Below, in pieces: positions 13,201-24,800 of a DNA stretch of 64,000 nt. The stretch's first letter is position 1; every line of letters begins with the position of its first letter. The DNA is taken from assembly GCA_964252035.1 (NCBI GenBank), contig OZ176206.1; one strand, 5' to 3'. The DNA is from Podarcis erhardii (Eukaryota). A program made the translations under genes and the position numbers. The notes beneath the pieces were generated by a model. That model was not told the origin of the DNA. It searched no databases and worked only from the letters and a program-made list of their open reading frames with translations.

Positions 13201-15757
13201 ATTTTGCCCGCAAAGCTGTTTCCCCCCAAACCATGCCCACCTGCCACATGCCTGATGTCCTATGTGACTGCAGGTAGTGAGGAGACTGCTGGAGCAGAAT
13301 TGAGGGCCTGTACGTGCCCCCACTGTTCTCCCTCCCTGGAGTTCAGGCTCCTACTCTCCTTCTCACCAGCTGATTATGGCATCATGTAACAGGCAATGAC
13401 CAGCCTGAGTCATGTGGGAATGTCCAGCAAAGTGATGCTGACTTCACCATAAAACAGGAAGGGCAGGAACTTTTTCTGCAGGAGAGATTCAAGGGGCATT
13501 TTGTCCTTTTCCCTAGGAGAGAGCAAAGCACTCCTATTGTGGGCATCATGGCATAAAAAGTCTCTGCCAGGCTGGGCAGAGTTCTGCCAGAGATAGATCT
13601 TATGCCACCACATGCATCATCTGTCTTGGGCCTCATGAGAGTACGCTGGCCAAGGTCAAGATCCAAGCAAGGAAGTCAAGCTGAAGGCTGCAGCAGTTGC
13701 CTTTGCCAACTGGGTGCTCACCCACCCACACCAAACGTTCTTGGGCTCGAAGTCCCACCATCCCTGACTTTAATCTATGCTGGCTGCTGGGGTTGCTCGG
13801 AATTGGAGTGCTGGAACAACATCTGGAAGGCACAGTGAATCCTTGGAGGGCTTGGCTAGCTCTGTTGTAATTAAAAATAAAAATCCCATTAAGGCTCTGT
13901 CTGGCTTAGAACCTGGGCAGAGGGAGATGAGAAGAACCCCACTGTGAGATGAATTATTAAGAATAAAGATGACACGAGGTTTCTGGGAGATGGGGGCTTG
14001 CTGAAGATTGCCCCCTTTTACTGATCTTGCTCTTGTGCTTAAACAGTAGGCTCGACACAGTGAAATCAGGCATGTGCAGCTTCTCCCTCCCCTACCAGAA
14101 GATTCACCCACGAAGGGTGTGTTCATATTACTGCCTTAAAGCGCACTGACAGGGGTGTGGACGTCTTTCCCTGATACATAGCTGCCCACACCTTGGCTAG
14201 AGACTAATTAGGAATAGCTTAAGGGCTCCAATCAGTGTGAAGCTGGTTTTGAGAAGCAACGGCATCAGGCAGTAGTATCTTATAAGGAAGTACAATATTC
14301 ATTTGCATTTTTGATGATGTCTTCTGACTAAAAACTCAACACTGCAAAGTTAATGAGTGCCCAGTAAAGGGGAATGTGGAATTTCAGTGTGTCGAGTTGC
14401 TGTTCAAGGCACAGGAGCCAGGCAGTAAAAAGGTGACAACCTTAGCCACCTTTTAATGATGATGAAGGCAATAATAATACTTTCCACACCCCACCACTTT
14501 TGTATGAGAATTCCCCAGACTCAGTTCTTTCCAGAGAATGAATCGTATTTCTTTTATCTGGTAGATCCTGGGAAATACTAGAGAAAGTCCACACTCTGAT
14601 AATGATCTCATGGCCAAACAGTTACGGAGCAGGGAATCACAAGTGGGGAGGGCCCTGCTGTTGCACTCAGGTCCTGCTTGCTTATGGACCTCCCTTGGGG
14701 CATCTGGCTGGCTACGGTGAGAATTAGGTGCTTGACTAGATGAGCAGCCATGCTCTTCTAATGTTTTTAATTATGAGTTTCCTCTTTGCAGACAAAATCA
14801 TTCCTCATAATTTTTCTGTCACTCCTTATGTGCACACTTCAGCTGGCTAAAAACAGGAAACTAGTATTAAACAACCTGCTGCACAAGAAAAATAGGAACA
14901 AATTAAAGGCAATTGAGGGTGTTTGTGAAAAATATGAGAGCACCCGCTCTCATTGGCATGTTGCTGGGGGCCTCCCACAACCTGGAATTAAGCCTGGCGG
15001 GCAAGGAGGGTTCTTGGCTTCCTGTGCCCAGTGGTATCTGAGCCAGTCTGTGCCCTACTTGCCTTTCATGTAGTGGGTGAGGAACGTACTCCTGGGATAG
15101 CATGCAGGATCTCAATGGGACAAGTATGACTGGGCATTTGGCCACAAACACAAAATGAATTTCAAAGGTGGAATGCATCACCAGCAACAAATCTGCAGAG
15201 CGCATGACGGAAAATGAAGGGCAGAAGCACCCAATTTGCCACACAATTCGTGGAACTTGTAGTTTGATCCCAACAGTGAGAGAGAATGAGGGAAAGTGGG
15301 GATGGAAAAGTTAAGGTTCTTTCCCCCCCATTCCCCCCATTTTCAACAGTAGGAAATGCCAAGGAGCCAACTAGAGATCCTGCTAGATCTGCAAAATCAG
15401 AGAGCTTTTATCTCAGTACTTGGTTGGTGGCTGTCAATTCTTTGTTCACTGGACCATCTACAGGAACACATCTCATTTTTTAAACTGAGGTTTTCCTTAC
15501 ACTTTCCAAAGGCTGGTATGCTAGGCTGATTAATAGATCAGGGAGAAACGCCTGGGGATATGTTCCCCTTTGTGTGCTTGTGCTTCATAAACGCCCATAT
15601 TTTGGCACACGTCCCTTTCTGCACAAAGGCGTCTTTTACAAGTTGTTTAAAGTCTCCACCCTTCTTTGATCTGCATGGAAATGAAGGGGCATGTGAGGTT
15701 GTTGCTGTTCGAATAGGTTTCAGAGTGGGCTGTTACTGGAGGGAACGCTTGCGGATG

Positions 15758-15826
<69 letters not shown>

Positions 15827-18800
15827 ACGAAGCCGTGTAACCCTGAATCAGATCATTGCTCTATGTCGTGTGGGACTACAGTCTACTCTCACTGACAGCC
15901 ACTCAACAAGATTTGTGACCCCCTCAGAATACTTCTGCAATCTTTTCACTAGTTCTAAGGACTGAGCTTTGGCCCTTCTGCATAGCCAGCAGGTGCTCTA
16001 ATACTGAAAATAAATCCATGGGAACATATTCATTAGTTTTCAGGAATGCTTTAATCAGGGGTCAGCAAACTTTTTCAGTAGGGGGCCAGTCCACTGTCCC
16101 TCAGACCTTGTGGTGGGCCAGACTATATTTTGAAGGGGGGGAAAAGGAACGAATTCCTATGCCCCACAAATAACCCAGAGATGCATTTTAAATACAGTAA
16201 AATGGCATGTAAAAAACCCGCTGATTCCCGGACTGTCTGCGGGCCGGATTTAGAAGACGATTGGGCCAGATCTGGCCCCCAGGCCTTAGTTTGCCTACCC
16301 ATGGCTTAAATGCTTTTTTTGGAGCAAGTGTCATAAAGACCCCTGGAATACTAGGATGTTGGCAGTGAAGGTCATGAAAACAAAAGGAGGCAAGATCTGG
16401 TGCTTTTGTTAATCAGCTGTTTATTTAGCTCAATGCATTTCAGAGGCGTCTCCTTTGTCAGGAGCAATAGATTAAACACAGTAAAAATAATGATAAAACT
16501 CACAGGCCAGTGACATTATTAATAGGGAAGAACACATATTGGGTGAAAGACACCCAAATATGTAAGAAATCTCCTATTGCATTGTACATTTCCTCACTAG
16601 GGATGCTGCCTTGGCTTGCATTTGCGGCCAGATAACAGAGGTGCTTCCTAAGTAAACTTTTACTATGGCAGTCTTAACCAGGGCTGGCCCAAGACATTAT
16701 GGCACCTGAGGCCCTGGTTTTAACGGTACAAATTCAGTGCCTAGGAAAGAACAGAATATAGTTTGGGTGCGCTTCTAAGGCAGGGGGATAACAGCAAGAA
16801 TGATGATTTTTTTTTAATCAAGTGGTCTATAAATATTCAAAATTTAAAAATTAGTATATACAAGTGAGGACAACAAAATGTTGCCAAGTATTTTGAATTA
16901 CAGTATATATGTAAGAGACATTGGTGTGAACGGAAAAATAAAGATTTGGGTTGGTGTCTTGCGTTTTTCTCAGTGTGAGATTTTAAAAATAAAAAAAATG
17001 GAAAAAGCAGTGACTCGTGATTGCCATGATCCTAGGCTGCAACCAAGCAGGAAAACTGATTTGATTTTTGTGTGTGGGATATTTTGCTGTACTGCATCTG
17101 ACTTCATCATTCCCTATCACCTTATTTCTTGTCAAAATGTTCACCCTGTTTTGCAAATTATGGCTGCCAGAATAAATTGTATACATTGATGCACAGTTAT
17201 ATAATGTAATTGGAGTACTAAACAGAGAGATTCTTGGCACGGAATCTTTTCTGGAATACACCCCTGAAGGCCCATCAAGAAGGGAGGGAGGGAGGCAATT
17301 TGGGCTTTGCAAAGGGGTGTGTGTTGGGGGACAGTGACTGCTCCTTAATGAGCGAGGCGTTTTGTCTGTGGGGTGGCTGATTCAGTAGATGCCGATATCC
17401 AAGTGCACAACCCCAGGCAGCAGCGCCCTCCATGGTTCCCCCTGAGGGGAGGGGAGACCTCTGTTAAGTTACTGCGAGGACAATTTCCTCTGTGCCCTGT
17501 GCCACTGTAGGGCAAGCAGCGTGAAGGGCCTGCTGGTGATGGCAAGGAGTGAGCCAGGAGGGTTTGCCGTCCTCCATCTTGCCTGCCAAGAGGCCCTGTC
17601 CAATAGGCCGAGGGGAGGCCTGCTGGCCTCACTGTCTGGGTGGCTCCAGAGACTCAGCTGGACCAGGGAGAGAAGAAGGTGAGACTTGAGAAGACCAGCC
17701 TCATCTTCCCCTCTGTGAGCCCAGCCCCACATTTCCGCCTCTTGCCTCATATCTGAGAATCGTTCCCCTCATAGGAAAACCTATGGCAAGCAATTAAACG
17801 ATTTCCAAAGAGTGATCAGCTATCAGTAGAAAATGATGCCAGCAATTGCCAGCTGTTTATGTCAGACTTCACCCCTATTTTGTGACAAGCTTCTCTCGTG
17901 CACCCCCATTTTGCAGACTGGTGAGCCTCACTAATTTTCTGTGGGGTATTCCAGTCGTGGTATCTTGGTTGTAGTATAATATGGTGAGCGCTGAGTGACT
18001 CAAAGATTCAGGCACACCTCACTCTACTTCAGACGTAAAGGAAAAATGGATCCAGTAACAAGTCACATGATGCGTTGTAACCTGCTTCTTTATAGTGTTC
18101 AAAATTTTTGTGATTTGTCCGCTCTCTGCATGGAATGGCTATAACATAGCTGTGCTTTGCAGATAGGTGAGTAATGGCTGCCAGGGTAACTCAGAAAAGT
18201 TGTGTTCTCCTTTCTAGTACAAGCTAGCCCACCTTCTCCACTGTGCGTCCTAAGAGCTCCCACCTAATTTCAGAACCGGGGTCTCTGCTTTATAAGGCAG
18301 CTGGTCTTTGAAAGAGACTGCTGGGCATGGTTAGAAAAAGCAGAAAGTCCCAGGAACAACAGCTGCTAATTTCTGGCAGAGGCAATAGTTCACACTTGCA
18401 GCCCAGGATCTCTTGTTAAGTTCTTTCTGAGGAAGAAAGTTTGCACATGGTAACTTTTATCACCTTGCTTTCATTTAACTGCATTGCATTTATTATATTT
18501 ATATCCTGTTTTTCTTCCAAGGAATTTAGGGTCCTCCCCGCACCTGCATTTCATCTTCACAACAAATTATGTGAAATCATTTTATTATTGATGATTGATT
18601 ATATTTGTTATATTTATTATACTTGTTAGTTGCTATAATTTGCCCAAGGCAACTCAAAGTGACTCATACTTTGATAGGGAGAGGATAAAGTAGGATAGAC
18701 TGAGCTGCATGAAAGTCTCCAGCATTGTCACTTTGGAGGGACCGATAGACTTAAAGGCTTTCCCTGATTTGGTAAATTCAGAGATTTATCACCTTTAAAA

Positions 18801-21800
18801 TAAAAGTGTGACTTAGCCTCAGATGTTGAGGAAAGGGACACTCTCTGTGCTTGAAGCACATTCTGCAGAGTGGGTGGTTCATCTGAATTCATTTGGAGAT
18901 GACAAGTTAATTGTTGTCAGATGTATTCGTTTTGGCAGTGAGCAGAACTGCTGAGACTGCAGGATCCTGCCTTTTGGTCTCTTTGGCACTGGTGTCACAG
19001 TGAAGGAAGCCACCCTTGCAAGAAGGGAGGTTGGCTCTTGAGCCTGCGGCCTACCCTGCTACAAAGATCACTCCCAGGAGGCCAATCTTATGTCTTCTGA
19101 GCATGTGCGTAGATGCTACTGTACCTTCTGCTCCCATTTTAAGTCAAAAAGGCCACAATTTTCTCAATGTTCAGAATGTGGATACATATTGGGGTTCCCC
19201 TAATCTGGAGTTAGAGTTCCTATTCTTTGTGGTAGTTGAAAAGTGGGTAAGTGATGCAGTCTCCCAGAAACCTGAAGGGGGTTTGGCCCAGACTACCCTC
19301 TCCTTTAGCTTTGTTTCCTTATAATGTGGGAAGAGGGCTTATTTTGCTGTTTTGTTTTAATTATTTAGTTGTGTTTTTATCTTGTATTTTATTCTGTGAA
19401 CCACCCTGAGGTCTTATGATGAAGGGTGTATGAATTTTAATAATAATAATAATACAATATGTTCTGCTAATTCTTGCTTAAATAGCCTACCCTAGATTCT
19501 AGTAAATGCTAATAATGCAATTAAAAGAAGCAACACAATCTCATTTTTAAAATAGTAATTTATTAAATGCTTAAATGTTTTTGCACATTTATTTCATAAA
19601 ATTTATTTACCACTTGATTGGAGCAAAGCAACCTTAAAGAGGTTTACAAAAAGAGTAAAACAAAAAAATCACTGATATTAACAGTTTAAAAGAGCTATTT
19701 AAAAATTATGTAAATTAGATTCCCTTATGTTAAGAATTTATGTTTTCTTGGAGGAGAAAGAGGATTGATGTAACAGTCACCAGAGCAAGAGCTGGCTTTC
19801 TCATAAAGAAAGGTGGGCAGCTGCAGATTTCAAAGGCAGGGAGGGCACCTCCAGGCTAGGGCTGGCAGAGAGTGTGCTGTATGTTGAGAGCAGAACAGGG
19901 GACAACATGGACAATGTTCAGAAGTATAATATAAACTCTTTATGATATGCTCTAGCTGGCTTTAGAAACCCAAACCCAGCTTGTGCTGGTGGTATGATGG
20001 TTCGGGCCTTCCTCTTGCTCTGCCATGCTGTCATCATGGCTGTTCTAAAGCTCTTGGCTTTGGAGTCCCATTTCTAGCTGGAGTGACTGTGAGAAAACTG
20101 TACTAAACACTTTTAGCCACTTCTTTTTCCCATACCTCCCACCCCCAGTTTAGGGGGAACTTTCCTTTTTCAATATAATTCCACCAGGGGACACCTTGTA
20201 AGCCTGCAGTCCTGGGAAGCCGTACCAGCAACTGCATAAGCCCTTTTAGTCTCTCTTTTTCACTCTCTCTCTCTCTCACACACGCACACCCTGCGCACTG
20301 ATATCTACAATAATAATAGTTTAGCAACAGCCCCACCCCTGCTCAGTCAGGGGAAGGATTCTGCAGCGTAAGCTGTCTGCCGCCACTCTGTCGAGACTAG
20401 GTGAGCGCTTCATTTGCACGGTAGAGGAGCTGGGCTCGGTGGATGGCGGTGGTTCAGAATGGTGGCACAAAAAATGAAGAGGGCGGATACGTCGATGTCC
20501 TCTGCCAAGTAGCAACCTGAGTCCCGGCAGGCACAGCTTCCACCTGTTGCTCCTCCTGAGCCACTTCACGCCCTCCTCTCCTTCTCTTGGCAGGATTCCC
20601 AGTCCCTGGACAGTTGTATCCAGAGTACGCTCTCGGCACTCTACCCTCCATTCGAGGTCACAGCAGCCACGGTTCTGTGCCAGGTGTTTGATGTGGTGGA
20701 GAAGACATACCGTGGGGACGGCCTGCACTACCTCATCGACTTTCTGATTCCAGCCAAGCACATCTTGCAGTGTGTTCAGCAGGATGCCTGTGTGAGTATC
20801 ATGCTGCCTCCAGGTTGACCCAGAAGATTCTGCTAGCGCTGCAGGTGGGAGCTGAGAATCCGTCATGATGCTCATGCCTAGGTTCCTACTCAGCTAAGGA
20901 GGAGGGGGGACAGGGAGCAGTGCCACCAGATGCACTGATGAAAGTAGTCAAAGGGTAGCCAAAGAATCCTTAAGGGGACGCTGCCCTCTTGCCCATGGCG
21001 CTGAGACATACTCTGGATTCCCCATCTCCACCCCCACTTCTCAGTAGCAGTGATTATTTTGGAATCTTTAAATGTTCTGACTTGTTAAGTGTTGATCATA
21101 GTGAACAATTATGTAACTGTCCTACTTAAGAAAAACAATGTTTTTTTCAGATTTAAAAACATTTTGTTTTATGCAAATACATCAGGGTTGAAGGCCTCCT
21201 TCCAACCCTGCTGCATTGCCATGCTGGCATCCTAGCTTGAGGGTCCAGCCTGAACATTAGCAACAAAACATGCCCTCCATTAGCCACATGTTCTCTATAG
21301 GTGCATATTAATGCAAGAACTAAAAGGGTGGGGTGTCTTGTAGGAGGTGTGTTCTCTTGCCTGGATTCTACAGTTACTCACCTTCAGCTCCCTCCCCTCT
21401 CCTACTCTTGGCAGGCAGCAGACTGTCAAGTTTCTGATGGAAAGGTGCCAAGTGATTGCCCAATCAGAAGTTTTGCCTCTGTTCTCCTTTGCTGTCACAA
21501 TATTTGCGGAACTCAGTAGCTGCTAAGGAGGCTCCTTCTCCAGTAGCAACTGTGGCTCTCTGGTTTGTGCAGACTTTACGGAACCAGATCTGGCGCAGGA
21601 CTCTGGTGCATGATGTGGAACATCCGGGTGGGTCTCCCTTCCCTCCCCACTGCTGCACATTCATTTCAGTGGGACTTATATAGAAGAACTGGAAGATTGT
21701 AACCTATCATGGTCTTCATGGAACCCAAACCTGTCCCCAGGGATGGCTGTCCCAGCTTGCCTCCTAGCAGTGCCGCCTCTGTGGGGGACTTGTGCCGTAG

Positions 21801-24800
21801 CGTGTTTTCATACCCAAATCAGCTTTCCATGGAAGTCAAAGGGACTTGTTTTTGAGCGAAGAGTCAATCAGAGGGTTGCGGGTTTCGTAGGCAGACTAAA
21901 TTCAAAGCAGGGAAGGACCTGGGGCCTGTTCTAGCTTTTCTGTGGCCTCAGGATCACCACCATCCTCCTTTCCTCTTTTCTCAAGCTGTAGAACCACATT
22001 CAAAGTGAACAGGAGAATGGAAAGCCCCTCCCCCTTGGTGTTGCTACCACCAAAATGCTTCATTGGGCAGATTTTTGCTTATTGATGCTTTGCCTTTTGA
22101 CCCTGGTCCCTGACTCATCCTTTAAAACAGTATCACAGTAAAAAAAAAAAAAAAAAGATAAGTAAATTAAAACATTCCCCTTGGGATTGATGCTCTGAAG
22201 GGCAGTATGGAAATGCCTGACATTTTTAAAAATGCTCCAGGACTGCAACCACATAAACATTGCAAAACCGAAAAAGAAAAAGCGTTCAGCAAGATTTAAT
22301 TGCTCTTAGAAGCCTAAACATGAAGAACAGCAAATTGATAGATATGGGGAGGAAGGTATACAATGTAGCACCACAGTGAAGGTCTCTAATAGCTACATTG
22401 AAAGGTGGCATTACCTGAAGATCTTACTAGTGAGTCAGGGGATCTTTGAGATATTCTCATCACAATTTGCCATGTATTATATAGAAATAAAATGGGTTGT
22501 GCACACTCACACATGCCAAAAGTCAATGTAAGACCAGCCCCACTTTTCCAGCATCCGGCTGTTTCCATTTGTGTTGCTGTTAATAGAAAGCTATGATATC
22601 ATTGTTAGGATGTCTGTTGTCTGTTCTGAAAACCTCCTTGCGGTCAGTTCACCTGGATTATCATTTTCCTTCAGGTCCAGTATTGTGGATTGCTGTTCCG
22701 GCATGAGGGCTGGCCCCTCTGCATCCATGAGAAGATTGTAGTTCAGCTTGGCTCCTTCGACTGGCGAATCTTGAGACCAGGAGACTTTTACCTGCAGGTG
22801 GTCCCTTACTTGAAAAAGTCCCCACGAATCATTGTGAAATGTTTGGCCGAGGACAAGCATAATGTTGATGAGCTTGTGGTTCCTGAAGTCTCCTACACTT
22901 CCATTTTCACTGTGGAATGGCTGAATGGCATCAACAGGGAGCGGATGGGAATGGCACTGGAAAACTGCTTACTAGGCACAGAAGATAAAATATTCCGGGT
23001 GCCCTGGGACAGAATAGTCAATCCAGAATTTATTGAAAGCCCGCCCAAAATGAATGGTGGCCTAAGTTCTGTTCCAGTGACTGAACAGCCTTCAGATTTG
23101 GTATTTTCAGAGGTGCCGTCTCAAAGCAGCTCCCTTAAAGTGGAGTCCCAACTTTTAAATGGGCCAAGTTTACCTGAAGACAGCTTCTTCATGACCAATA
23201 CAACAGAGCAACTTGTGAGGGCAGCTGCCAGCATGGAGTGTGTGAGCCCAGGCCTTGGAGAAGACTCTATAAGTGACCTGGAAGGGGAATATGTGGAGCT
23301 CACAGATGTTTCACTGCCTAAATTCGGACCTCAATCAGTCTCCTTCAGTTACTGCACTAAGCCGAGGATGAGAGTAAAGGACAAGCCTGCAGCCAGTCAG
23401 GACAGCAGCACTAGCCTGAGGAATGGAGTTGGTTTAGCAGTCGAATTAATGCCACATGGGCATCTGGACACAGCAAAGCCCTCTGATACCCAGGCCAGTA
23501 ATGCTAGGAATCTTTTGGAGGATGCTCATGAACTAGAAAGTGACAAATTGCTATTAGAAAATTATGAAGGGCCTGCTGCTGGCTCTGATCCCAAGGAGCC
23601 TTCTGATGTAAAGGGACAGGCCCAGCCAGAACATGAGCTTGACTGGAGGTACGCAATGTGCAGCTACCATGATGGAGAAGATGCTGAATGTAGGTCTCTG
23701 ACAGCTGTGGCTTCTGAAATAACAGAGACAGCTCAGAGGAGTAGCACAGAGCTGGAAAATGGCAGCAGGGTCTCTGAGCATGGCTATTGCTCTAGTGTGC
23801 TAGGCATGAAGGCCACACAAGGAATAGGCACCAGGGAGGGTTGTGGGAGTTCTGGGAAGGATAACTTCCCTGAGCCTCATTTGGGACATTTGGCCAAGGA
23901 CTCTGACCCTTCCAGCCCAAGGTTGCAGGAGAATGCCTTTTCCCCACCCATGCCAAAGTCACTGTCACCAAAACCCTTCTCTGATGTGAGGGCGGCAGCA
24001 CACAGTCACCTCCCACAAGAACTGTCAGTAGAAGTCACAGGTCACACTTCTGAGTGGCTGGTGGAGCTCCATCACCCAGTTGAGCAGTTGGAGAAGGTGA
24101 GCCCAATGCCAGCAGAGGCATTAGTGGGGTTGGGCAGCAGTGTTTATGGAGCAGAAAGCCTCCAATGTTTAGCCAAGCAAAGTCTCTCTGAGAAGGAGAA
24201 GCAGACCAGTTCTGGAAGCACCTTGCCACTCCAAGGTGAGACAGAGGCACACCTGCTCCAAGAGGCTGGGCAAGAGAATGTGGATTGTTCTCAACAGCAA
24301 GATGAGAGTGCTTTTCTGCCTGTCAGTTCTGGGGTAACAGCAAAAACATTGGGGAGCAGCTGCAGCAGCCCTTCAGTGGAGACAGATGCACAAGTTGAGG
24401 ATGCTTCTAATCAGGGTAACAAAGAAGAAGCTGCGGCTTGCTGGGTGGACCTACCATACCTGCTAAGCAAACCAAACACTTTGATGTTGGAAACCCCCCC
24501 AAAGGTGGAATGTTTGACAGGCAAGCCCCAACCCAATAAGGAGGGCCAAGTAGCACCCCTGCCCTCTGCACCAGTGAAAACGAGGTTACAAGGCAGCACC
24601 AGGAATGTCTCAAATGGGGACCAAGTAGTCACAGGTAGGATTTGTGTCATTAATTTGGGAAATGTGGGTTTGTTTGTTCTTCTGGCAAAGTGACTTTTAT
24701 GCAAGGAAGGCAAGGGGTGGAGGTTGAGAGTTCAGGCCTCCTCTGATGCTTCCCTGCGCCAGGGAGGAGCTTTAGCATCCTCAGAGTATCCTAGGACATT

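Noticed and set aside
14310-14332. TGATGA...CTGA resembling C/D snoRNA boxes
   Set aside because: The boxes are only a few nt apart, with no guide region or terminal stem.
20340-20406. Donor-like CTAG|GTGAGC just upstream of exon 2
   Set aside because: The phase-0 codon before it is TAG and exon 2 has no ATG; no support for a coding exon.
24635-24693. Read-through of the exon-3 donor to a stop (N-terminal-only protein)
   Set aside because: No nearby polyA signal seen; ordinary ORF overrun into an intron.
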